Source of the DNA: Torpedo marmorata
Taxonomy: Eukaryota
NCBI GenBank assembly: GCA_977017645.1
Contig: OZ360220.1
Coordinates: 87,792,001 to 87,856,000, forward strand
Reading direction: 5' to 3'
Length of the DNA: 64,000 bases
A program made the position numbers and the translations under genes. Of this stretch, positions 12,853 to 24,359 are shown piece after piece; position 1 is the stretch's first letter, and every line of letters begins with the position of its first letter. The notes under the pieces were generated by a model that saw nothing but the letters and a program-made list of their open reading frames with translations, was not told where the DNA came from and did not search any database.

Positions 12853-14392
12853 AAGATAAAGAACTGCACACTTAAAAAGTTTGTGCTTCTGATATTTGTG
12901 TTTATGTTGATGTTTAACTTTAAATTCAAATGAATACTGTATTAGTGTATAATTCTTTCTAGATTGATCATCTTAAGGAAAGGGGATGTGGTGATAGAGT
13001 GCTAGTGATACTCCTGATCACTAGAGGGAGTCGGAGATGAATGCTACACCTCGGGTTAGATTAAAAAATGGCTGCACCATGAGGTCGTGAGTTGTTAATA
13101 AAATATTGTTAACATAAAAGAACCCAAGTTTCTTTATTATTTAAAAGAAACTTCGCACTACCCACCGACATTTTCATCTGTAATTACATGTTTATAAATG
13201 TATGTACATATATATTTATAACTGTTACACAACAACAAGGTTCCTAACACTGATCCCTTTGGAACATCACTTCTCATGGACCTGCAACCAGAATAACACC
13301 CTTCCACCATTACCATCTGTCTTCCATTGGCCACTGAATTCCGAATCTAAATTATCAATTCACCATGGATCCCATTATCAACCTACTGAAGTCCAGCAGA
13401 CAACATCTACTGCCCAACCCTCATCAACTACCTTTGCCACCTCAGAAAATTCAATCAGATTTGTAGGACGTAACCTTCCCTGCACAAAGCCATGCTATCT
13501 CAATCTAACCATGCATTTCCAAATGAGTGGCAATCCTATCCCTTGGTATCCTCTTTAATTGTTTCTCTATCACTGATGAGAGCCTCACCACCCTATAATT
13601 TCCTGGATTATCCCTACTTCCCTTCTTTAACAAAGGTATAACATTGGCCACTTACTGTCCAGTCCTTGAGGACCTTGCCTGTTGTTTGTGAGGATACAAA
13701 GATCTTCGTCAAGATCCCAACAATCTCATCACCGATATCTTTCATTAACCTGGGATATATCCCATCAGTCGCCAGGGACTTACTGCTCTTCCAAAGATCC
13801 AGTACCACCTCTTGCTTGATCTCATAGTACCTTAACACATGGTCATTTTCCATACTATGCTCCCTATCACTATCCTCCATTTGCTTCTCCTTGGTAAATA
13901 CTGATGCAAAGTACTAATTTAGTACCTTCCCCACTTCATTTCACTCTTAACATAAATGTCCTATGTTCCCCTTGAGTGGTCCTATCTTTTCTGCAGTCAT
14001 CCTCTTGATTTTAGTGTTGGTATAAAATGCCTTGTGATTCTGTTTCATCTTGCTCACCAAGGACATTTCAAGGTCCCCTTTGGTCATCCTAATACCTTGT
14101 TTCAGCTCCTTACTACATTCCTTATATTCCTCCAGTACCTTGTCTGATTTTAACCTCCTATATTTTATATATATTTCCATTTTCTTGAAGCCTAGATTCA
14201 TGACCTCTCTCATCATCCAAAGTTTTCTTACCTTGCCATCCCAATCCTTACTTCTTACTGGAAAATGCAAGTCCACAATTTTAATTATCTTGACCATAAA
14301 CAAATCTCACAGTCAGTTGTAGACTTGCCTAACAACTGTTTCCAATTAACACTCACTTGAGTTTGTTTAGCTAGCATTGCAGCTTGACATCT

Positions 14393-17368
14393 TGAGTCAG
14401 ACAGCGTGTCAGAGCACGCAGCGGCCCCTCCAGGTACTCACCTCCGGGAAGATCTGCGGGTCAAGCTATGCGACCACGGGCTGCTGCGGGGATTAGGCTT
14501 TAAAGCCTCGGGATCACTGAGAAATCGGAAGCGGTGCGCGAGGTGGAGGAAGTGTGGGAAGCGAGCGGGGGTGCGCGCTAGACTGAGAGCGAGCCCCTGC
14601 CGCCCAGCTCTCCCGTCCATCCTGCTCGCAAACGTCTGTTCCCTGGAGAATAAAATGGACCACATCCGACTCCAGAGGTCTGCACAGCGTGAGTACAGCG
14701 ACTGCTGTGTGTTGGTCTTTGTTGAAACGTGGCTCAGTGACAGGGTCCCGGACGCCGCCATTCATCTGGATGGACTCGCTTTATTTCGGGCTGACAGAGA
14801 TGCTGCTCTCTGTGGAAAAGTCCGTGGCGGTGGCTTGTGTGTTCACATCAACACAGAATGGTGTAAGGACTCTGTACTAGTCTCCAGTCACTACTCAGCA
14901 TTGGTGGAATTTGTGACTGTTAGATGTAGACCATTTTATCTACCGCGGGAATTTACCACGGCCCTTATAGTTGGTGTGTACATCCCCCCCAGCACTAATG
15001 CCAAGAAGGCGATCTGGGAACTGTGTGGGGCTATAGGTGAACTGTAGACCGCACACCCTGATGGACTGCTGATTATCGCTGGCGACTTCAACCAGGCGAA
15101 CCTCAAGTCAGGGCTACCAAAATTCCATCAGTATGTGGACTTTGCTACAAGAGGGGTGAACGCGCTGGATCTTGTGTTCACGAACATTTCCGGCGCGTAT
15201 CGGGCGGAGCCCCGCCCCCACCTCGGATACTCAGTCCATATCTCAGTAATGCTAACCCCAGCATACAGACTGCTCGCCAGACGCTCCAGACCAGTTCGGA
15301 AGCAGGTTAAAACCTGGCCAGCAGTTGCAATCCATGCACTTCAGGACTGCTTTGAGTGTACTGATTGGCACATGTTCAGGGAAGCAGCAACTGATGGTGA
15401 CTGCATCAATCTGGAGGAGTATACGGCATCAGTGACTAGTTACATTAGTAAGTGTACTGACGAAGTCACTGTGCCCAAGACCATCATTACTCGCTCTAAT
15501 CAGAAGCCATGGATGACTGCGGAGGTGCGTTTGCTGCTGAGGAGTCGAAACTCTGCCTTCAGTGCGGGCGACAAGGTAACCCTAGCTATCGCAAGAGCCA
15601 AGCTGACTAAAGCCATCAGGGAGGCAAAGAGTGCACAGGCCCAGTGAATACAGTCACTTTCAGGACAGCAAGGACACGTGACGCATGTGGAAGGGCATTC
15701 AAGATATCACTAACCACAAGACTACACCATCTGACTGTGCTGGTGATGCCTCCCTCCCAGATGCACTGAACAACTTCTACGCACGTTTTGAGGCGAAAAA
15801 TGATGTAGTGGCAAAGAAGACAACCCCTCCTCCAAATGATCAGGTGCTGTGTTTCACAGTGGCCGATGTGAGGAGAGTGTTAAGCAAGGTTAACCCATGG
15901 AAAGCTGCTGGGCCAGATAACATTCCCAGCAGAGTGCTCAGGGGATTTGCGGCCCAGCTGGCTGATGTTCTCACCGACATCTTTAACATCTCCCTGAGCA
16001 GTGCCGTGGTTCCAATGTGCTTCAAAGCCGCTACCATCATCCCCGTGCCGAAGAAGTCGATGGCGTCCTGCCTCAATGACTCTCCCTGTCGCACTCTCAT
16101 CTACCATCATGAAGTGCTTCGAGAGGCTCGTCATGAGGCACATCAAGCGTCTGCTGCCCCCCTCACTGGACCCCCTGCAGTTCACATATAGATCAAACCG
16201 CTCCACAGATGATGCTATCATTACCTCCACCTAGCCCTCGCCCACCTGGAAAATAAGGACGTGTATTTTCGAATGCTGTTTATTGACTTCAGCTCAGCAT
16301 TCAACACGATCATACCTCAGTACCTGATAGGGAAGTTGAGGGGGCTGGGCCTAAACTATACCCTCTGTAATTGGATCGTAGACTTCCTGACGGGAAGACC
16401 TCAGGCAGTCCGGATTGGAAACAGCACTTCTAAGGTCATTACATTGAGCACGGGGGCTCCCAAGGGCTGTGTGCTTAGTCCATTGCTGTTCACCCTACTG
16501 ACTCATGACTGTGCAGCAAAACACAGCTCGAATCACATCATAATGTTTGCTGATGATACAACCGTGGTGGGACTTATCAGTAAGAACGATGAGTCAGCAT
16601 ACAGAGATGAGGTGCAGTAGCTAATGAATGGTGCGGAGCCAACAACCTGCAGCTGAATGTAAACAAAACAAAAGAGTTGGTTGTCGACTTCAGAAGGGCC
16701 CGGGGGGATCATTCTCCTTTGAGCATGGACGGCTGTACCGTTGAGCTCGTAAAGAGTACCATGTTTCTTGGAGTGCACTTGGCAGAGAGTCTCAGCTGGT
16801 CCCTCAACACCAGTTCCATAATCAAGAAAGCCCAGCAGCATCTTTACTTCCTGCGAAGGCTGAGGAAAGTTCATCTCCCACCCCCTATCCTTACTACATT
16901 CTACAGGTGATGCATTGAGAGTATTCTGAGCAATTGCATCACCGCTTGGTTTGGTAACTGTACCATCTCGGACTGAAAGACCCTGCAGAGGATAGTGAGG
17001 TCAGCAAAGAAAATTATTGGAGTCTCTCTCCCCACCATGACAGACATTTACAACACACGATGTATGAGGAAGGCAAAAAACATTGTGAAGGACTTCTCAC
17101 ACCCCTTTGGTAAACTATTTTCCCCTTTGCCATCTGGAAGGAGGTACCGAAGCACTCGGGCTCGCATGTCCAGACTGTGCAAGTTTTTTCCCCCGCCTTC
17201 AGGCTCCTCAATTCCTAGATATATATGTGTATTAGCATGTTATAGTTTTTTTTTTCTATTGTATTATGATATTTATGTACATCTGCCCATGGTCTTGGAG
17301 AAACACTATCTCGTCTTACTGTGTATATGGTAATGAACGACAAATAAAAGTGACTTGACTTGACTTGA
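14393..17368 (+). mobile_element. Near full-length Rex1/Babar-type LINE, same subfamily as 4198-7165, opposite strand
   Basis: APE and RT fragments (14406-17333), (TTGAC)n tail after AATAAA, 10-bp TSD CTTGACATCT (14383-14392, 17369-17378). Confidence 0.92.
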
Positions 17369-17700
17369 CTTGACATCTCATGCATTGCATAAGTAAGATG
17401 CATTACAGAAGCGCAGAGTTATCAGGAGAGATCAAATGGTACAGAGCAAAGGCAACATAATTTTACTATCATGAGGTTCATTCAGGAGTCTGATTACAGC
17501 AGGAAAGAAACTGCCCTTGAATCCGATGATGCATGATTTCATACTCGTGAAATTTTTTCCCAAGGGAGGCGTGTGAAGAGAATGTGGCCGGGGTGTGGGA
17601 TGAATCTTTTAATATGTTGGCTCTTTTAGTATGTGGTTTTAATGTGTTTTACAGTTCATATTGCCAGATATTAAAAAATATCTATATCTATCTATCTATC

Positions 17701-18486
17701 ATATTGGTAGGAAGAATCAGAACAGGACATATGTAGTAAATGGGAGAGCATTGACGAATACAGAAGAGCAGAAAGATTTAGGAATAACGGTGCATCGTTC
17801 CCTGAAGGTGGAAACTCATGTGAACAGGGTGGTGAAGAAGGCTTTTAGTATGCTGGCCTTTATCAATCATTGCATAGAATATAGGAGTTGGGAAGTGATG
17901 TTGAGATTATATAAGGCTTTGGTGCGGCCTAATTTAGAGTTCTGTGTGCAGTTCTGGTCGCCAAATTATAGGAAGGATATCAACAAGGTGGAGAGAGTGC
18001 AGAGAAGGTTTACCAGAATGTTACCTGGGTTTAAGAATCTAGAGTACAAGGAGAGATTGAGCAGATTAGGTCTTTATTCTTTGGAGCGTAGAAGGTTGAG
18101 AGGGGATTTGATAGAGGTATTTAAAATTATGAAGGGTATAGACAGAGTGGATGTGGATAGACTATTTCCATTAAGAATAGGAGAGATTGAAACAAGAGGA
18201 CATGAGCTAAGAGTTAAGGGGCAGAGGTTTAGAGGTAACATGAGGGGGAACTTCTTTACTCAGAGAGTGGTAGCGGTGTGGAATGAGCTTCCGGGAGAAG
18301 TAGTGGCGGCAGAGTCAATTTTATTATTTAAGAAAAAGTTGGACAAGTATATGGATGAGAAGGAAGTGGAGGGTTATGGGCAGGGTGCAGGTAGGTGGGA
18401 CTAGATAGGAATGTTTGGTTCGGTGCGGACTGGAAGGGCCTAATGGCCTGTTTCCGTGCTGTAATTGTTATATGGTTATATGGTTA
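17701..18486 (+). mobile_element. Young 5'-truncated CR1 LINE
   Basis: Open frame to 18404 with KDLGI, LYKALVRPNLEFCVQFWSP, ERRRLRGDLIEVFKI, TRGHEL, FFTQRVVAVWNELP. 3' UTR ends in (TTATATGG)n. Confidence 0.93.
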
Positions 18487-18635
18487 TCTATCTATCTATC
18501 TATCTATCTCTATCTATCTATCTCTATCTATCTATCTCTATCTATCTATCTCTATCTATCTCTATCTATCGCTATCTATCTCTATCTATCTCTATCTATC
18601 TCTATCTATCTCTATCTATCTCTATCTATCTATCG
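18486..18635 (+). repeat. Compound (TATC)/(TCTATC) microsatellite; short counterpart at 17679-17700
   Basis: Direct reading. Confidence 0.95.
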
Positions 18636-19941
18636 ATAGGTATTTTTTCTCCTGTCTCTTATTTATATCTCAGTCATTTTTATTTCCAAATCTTTACATT
18701 ATTTTTTGTGGATGGATTGAATGTAATTCCTGTTTCTCATTTTTTTACCTGGCTTAGACTTCATTGATACTAAATTGAATAATATGATAAAACAGGCACT
18801 GTGAACACAAGGTGTGGTTTACCCACACACAGTGAAGAAGTTGTAAAAAAAATCATGTCATTCTGTGGTACAATGATTTCCAAGAGCATCCAACATGAGC
18901 TGTGGTTATGATTGCTTCAGGGCATAATCATGAAGATGTAGTACTTTGTGTTTGGAATTGGTGGTGGAATTCATGCACAAGGTGTTAGCATCTGGCTGGA
19001 AACACTGGTGAATACAGATGAGTTAGTGGGATTTTCTGATGCAGCATTGAAGGTCGATGGAGATGAGATAGAGAGGAGGGAGATGCTAAATCACAAGTGG
19101 AGGCAATTAGCTGCAATGAGTCAAGCCCCAAGGACATGGACAAAATCCCTCGTAAAATAATGCAGGAAAATAGGATCAGGAGAAGACCAGCTGGGCCCTC
19201 AAGCCACCCCATCATTCACTATGGTCATGGCTGGCCAAGTTCAAGTTTATTATCAGGTGTACAAAGGTACAGTGAGAAAGTTTGTTTTTATGCAATCCAG
19301 CTGGAGTGGCAATAAAAATACAATACAGAGTGCCCACAATACAGTCTATTCCAGGCCATAACTCTTCTTCTATTCTACCCCAAAACTTGTAAACTGCTGA
19401 TGTTTCAAAGATTTAACTACCGGTGCCTTCACTTTAAATACTTCAATTGTCCCAGCTTGCACAACTCATTGGGGTAGAGAAATCCAGAGATTCATTAGCC
19501 TCTGAGAAAAAAAATCTAGTTACCTAAGTTTTAAATGACAGGTCCCTTATCTTGAAATCTAATGGGAGACTTTTTGAAAGATCTCTCACTTGTTGCTGAA
19601 CTCTGAATGCCTCTTCATTGCTATTTCCCAATTGTTCCATTAGCCTCAGATGATCTGTGCATCACACTTCCATCCTTCACTTACCAATAATCTTTGCCTA
19701 TCAATATATGTTTATCCATTTCACCCTGACATACTTATCATCTCCCCAAACCTTACCTCCCACACCTCATAGCTTGAAGACACTCCCAGCTAGTTCACAC
19801 CAAAAGAAACATCACTCAAACACATCTGTGGCACTTTGTGCCACATTTACCTTTCTAGTTGTAGTTGCAACAAACTGGTGGGGAATTCAGCTGTCATATT
19901 TCAACCTCTGGAGGAGAGAGTTTTGCCCATCATTATATAAT

Positions 19942-20204
19942 AATGCTACCACCAGGAGGAGTCGGAGATGAGTTGGTGTTGCATCTTGGGTAGAATCAAG
20001 ATGGATGCCTCCACATGAGGTCTTGTCTGTGTGTGTTCTGTTCTTAGTGCTGTTTGCTTTAGTTAATAAATGTACAGACATGACCCAAAGATGCCCACTG
20101 ACTGAGCAAAGATGTCTGTAGTGATAGAATGCTACCACCAGGAGGAGTCGGAGATGAGTTGGTGTTGCATCTTGGGAAACCTGTTGCATCTTGGGTAGAA
20201 TCAA
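19942..20204 (+). repeat. Tandem ~58-bp duplicated LTR-like remnant related to the 8137-8304 LTR
   Basis: AATGCTACCACCAGGAGGAGTCGGAGATGAGTTGGTGTTGCATCTTGGG occurs at 19942 and 20128. Shares TGT-GTGATAGA-TGCTA and GGAGTCGGAGATGA with the 12987 LTR. Confidence 0.65.
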
Positions 20205-21264
20205 CTGAAGCTGCAGATGGTGTAAGCATAAAGCTCACACTTTCCCCATCCACCCTCACTCCTTCCTCCATTATTCTATCATTGTGTCCTTATCTTGCCA
20301 GATTCTCCAGATGTTCATTCTGGACAGGCGGTGGAGCTGAATATGTGGCGTAATGTCACAAGCTCTGATTCTGTCACCTTACAGTCCTCCAGAGGCTGGA
20401 TTACATGTGGAATCTGCATGTTTGGAGTCATCGAACATGAGAGATATGTAGCCAGGGAAGGTGAGTGGAGCAACTCAACTGAATAAGATGAAAGGCATTG
20501 TGCAAGGGCTTATCATGTAGCTATTGCCTGGATAGTGGGCAATGACTGCCATATTCTGACTATGGTCACCAACCAGTTACTCATTCAGTTGTTGAACATC
20601 TCTGTATCCAAATGAAGCACTCTCGATACTCTGTGAGTACACATTGTGACTTGAATTATTTGTTTTATAACACTCCTGTGTAGTGTCAAGAAACATTTTA
20701 ACCATATTAATTATTCTGTAAAAGTGAAAGTTGTTGTTGCTTTCACTATTACTATCTGTTAAAAAAAGGCTAACGTAATCAACAAATTGTTGAGTTTCCA
20801 GACAAATTTCAAGTCTTGAAATATCATCAATGTCTGGAACACCACTATATATGAAAATGTACTAATAGCATAATTTTTCCATCTGACATTGGACATTTAA
20901 TTAATATGGGATTGTAAAACCTGCTCAAATGACAAAAAACTTATTGTGTTTATACTGTACACTACTGCTCAATGAAAAGAGATGCAGAATAAGAACCTGC
21001 AGATGAAAAGATCATCTTGCAAAATCATGAGGAAACAGAGATCGCTGTGAAGGTTGGAGAAAAAATGTTTTGCTGTCAAGAAATTTACAGGAGATTGAAT
21101 GTAAATGGAGCGGTACTGCTTTCTAACTTATGGACAATTATATAACCATATATTTGAAAGCGGAAATGAATGAATGAATGAATCAATCAATCAATGAGAG
21201 TTCATTGGGAAATATATTAGTACAATGTGCTGACACAATGAGAGACTTACTTTTTACATTTTTC

Positions 21265-21500
21265 AGAGATACAGGATGGTAACAGCACCTTCCGGCCCAT
21301 GAGCCCGCACCACACAATTACACCCATGTTACCAAGTAACCGACTAACCTGGAAGCTGGGAGGAATGTGGAGTACCAGTACTCAGAGGAAACCCACATAG
21401 ACACTGGGAAAACTTGCAAATTCCTTAAAGTCAGCAGCAGATTTGAACCCAGGTCATTTGTTTTTGTAATAGTTCCACTAACTGCTATGCTAACCATGCC
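21265..21500 (-). mobile_element. tRNA-derived SINE (HE1/V-SINE-like)
   Basis: Minus strand has an A-box-like GGTTAGCATAGCAG and B-box GGGTTCAAATC, a central TGTGGGTTTCCTC core and a CR1-like 3' tail. Confidence 0.72.
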
Positions 21501-22639
21501 TCCCTTCAAAATGTATTTGATGTTTTGTCCCTCTTGTTTAATAAGTCTCAGCAGATTTCACACACATATTCACATGCTCCATTTTGCAAACAAGTAGTTA
21601 ACTGGAGGCAGCACCTTTTGGACCTTTGTAACAAATTGATGCAACCCCTGTCGAGGTTCAACCATAAAACCTGCTGAAAACGCATGCCGTCCAGTGTATC
21701 CTGAAGCCAGATGTGATTGCCTATTTTATTTTTAACAGCAACTGAGTAAATAGCCATAATTTTCAGTAAGGAGATAGTGACTGATCGTAAAAAGGGATTT
21801 GGGCACTGATGATAAGGGATCAGGCTGATCTGGAAGATTTGCAGTGAATTTAGATTTTAAGCCTCATGCATGGGCAATCAAGATTGCCTGTAACCTCATG
21901 CCTGGAAATAGCAGGCCAAAGAACCATCGGCCTATTGCTATTCATCTTAAATTGTTCACATACTACTTTTAGTTTACCTTAGCTCACTGATTTTCCGCTA
22001 CATCTTTTGATGGCATCAGTCAGAAGAAAAAAGAAGCAGCATAGGGTAAGAATGACTCTCTATTTGTAGAAAATGGTCTATATCTAATCTCCCTTTTCAT
22101 TTCAGATCCAAAACCGGGCAGAACATGGTGTTAAGTCATATGGCAGCATCATGTTTAAGGGACCCAATTGTAATGCAGAAGCCTAGATCAGTAATATGGA
22201 GAGATGAGTATGAAACCACCATTAATTAAATTCTAGAATTAAGTAAACATTGCACTTGAAAAACTAGTTTCAATGAAATAAAACCTGCCTGGCCTTCCAT
22301 GGATCAAAAGAAAATCGAGCTAATATACCCATTTTAAGTGGCTCCAGACCCAATGGTTCAAATCTGAAGCGTCAACCATACTTTTTCTCCCACTGATACT
22401 GCTCAACCCTCTGAGTTCCTCCAGAAGGTTGTTTTTTGCTCTAGATTCCACCATCTGCACCATCTGCAGTCTCTATGTGTCCCCATCAATGCGGTGCAGT
22501 CTGATCTATTGCAATTATGGATGAACAATCAACGCACAATCTCCTCAATCCATCAGCTTTTTCTGAAATATTCTGAAATTACAAAATGTTGGCCTGGTAA
22601 CTCATAAAAATAAAACAGTTAAATAAACCTCAGCAGAGA

Positions 22640-22785
22640 CTGACAGGTATTTGATTAGTCAGGGCATCAAGGGTTACGGGGAGAAGTCTGGGGAGTGGGG
22701 CTGAGTGGGGGGATGGATCAGCTCATGATAGAATGGCGGAGCAGACAATGGGCCGGTTGGCCTACTTCTGTTCCTATATCTTGTG
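22640..22785 (+). mobile_element. CR1 3' terminal fragment
   Basis: ATCAAGGGTTACGGGGAGAAG...GGATCAGC...GGCCTACTTCTGTTCCTAT matches the reverse complement of 28820-28935. Confidence 0.75.
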
Positions 22786-24359
22786 AACATGACATCAGCA
22801 GAAGATCAGTTTTCCTGTTCAGTTAGTTCCTTCTTCCTTACCCTCACCTTTTGCTCTTTTGGATCTTCTCAAAAACCTCTTTCAGGTGTTTACCCTTTAC
22901 TCCTTATATCCAAGCTTTTTCTCATAGAGGCTTGAGACATTTTATGCTAGACTTAGAACTCTAAAGAATTATGCAGACAAATAAGGATAATTCTCATGCA
23001 CATAAGTACAATTCTTACTTGCTGCAGCCCAACAGGTCTGATAGAGCACGATAGAGTACGTTGTTCTTCTGCAGGATAAATATTCTGATGTTAGGGCACA
23101 TAGGTGCATTGTATGCATCAGTCTAGTAAACCATGACAGGATTTTAATCATAATATCATAACATTGAACCCCTTTGTGTATTTGCTGGGCTGGTCAGGTG
23201 ACATTGGGAACCAATGACCGAGAGGAATGAAATAAAAAAAACTGTAGATGCTGGAAATCTGAAACAAAAAAAAAGAAGTACAGAAAACTTGAGATCAAGC
23301 AGCATCTGTGCTCATAGACCTGAAATGTTAATTCTGTTTCTCTTTCATAGATGCTGTTTGACCTGCTGCGTGTTTAGAAGTAAAGCTGATGTTTGTGGAT
23401 ATTTTCCAAATTTGGGCTTATATGAGTGAGCAGTTTATCTTTATCACCACAATCAACTGGTCAGAAACAGAACCCTCTCATTGGGAGTCATTAAGTATCT
23501 ACTTGCTCCTTTAAATTACAGAAAGATAAGCATGGAAAAGTGTTGCTTCAGGCCAATTATAGATTCAGTACTGAATTCAGAAAAGTATTCTCAATATGTC
23601 TAAATCTGCACAGGAGGCCCAAACACACATTCAAATTTAATTCAAGAAAAATCCACAATTCATCAGTGATTTATACTCCGAACAGCAAACTTTCCTGACG
23701 ATAACTTTTTTTCTGTCACTGTTGTTACACATTGTAATTATTTAACTGGATTATAAACATGAGGAAAGTGATGAATAATTGCTGACTGGGTTCGTTGAAC
23801 AGGAGTGGGAGGAAGCTTTGTGTGCAACGTAAACACAGGCATGGACCACATGAACTGAGTTGCCTGTTTCTGTGCTGTGCATTCAATGCCATTCTAGACC
23901 CAAATTACAGCAAAGAAACTTATATAGTGCCGAAAAACATCCGTTCACAAAGAGTTTAAAAAAAAAATACTACAGTTATCCAAGGCATTTCACCATAATA
24001 TTTTCATGCAAAAATTGACGTTGAGATGAGAAAAAGGATTTAGTCAAGGAATTCCAAAAATTAGGACTTGTAAAGCTATGAAGGCACAGCCACTTATAGC
24101 AGAGGAGTGAACATTGGGGGATGCACAATAAGCCATTATTAGAAAATCACTGCTTCCTTGAAGCTTCTTAGCCAACTCTCTCAGATGCTTGAGTTTAAAA
24201 CGGAACATAGTGGAAATACTCAATGCTTCACATTGTATCTATGGTGAAAGAAAGATAATGTTTATGACACTATTAGAGAACTGACATGCACATGCTCATG
24301 CACATGGACATGTACATGCACATGGAATGCACTTGCACATGGACATGGAGGGTTTGACC

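Larger units (their letters stand above)
8137..13157 (+). mobile_element. Decayed Ty3/Gypsy (Mag-like) LTR retrotransposon, both LTRs present
   Basis: LTRs 8137-8304 and 12987-13157 (TG...CA, about a dozen differences by eye). PBS at 8305, PPT AAGGAAAGGGGA at 12975-12986, probable 5-bp TSD CCACC/CTACC. gag from 8345, protease FKLDTGA, RT start, RNase H (DHKPL), integrase (HEGHLG...CETC, SDNGP, SNGKAEKGV). Confidence 0.93.
7440..14345 (-). mobile_element. Old CR1-type LINE split by the Gypsy insertion (pieces ~7440-8136 and 13158-14345)
   Basis: CR1 RT remnants on both sides of the provirus: DTKIGRVVD...WAEKWLMEFNSDKC (7970-8136) and DGIYPRLMKD...ILTKIF...KDW (13614-13880). Confidence 0.8.

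Noticed and set aside
18395-18767. ORFs rich in S/I/Y/L
   Set aside because: Translations of the TATC microsatellite.
21548-21757. 69-aa ORF in non-repeat DNA as a host exon
   Set aside because: No recognisable domain in any frame and no convincing splice sites.
24282-24350. (CATGNA)n-like 6-nt repeat as an array
   Set aside because: Degenerate simple repeat without spacers.
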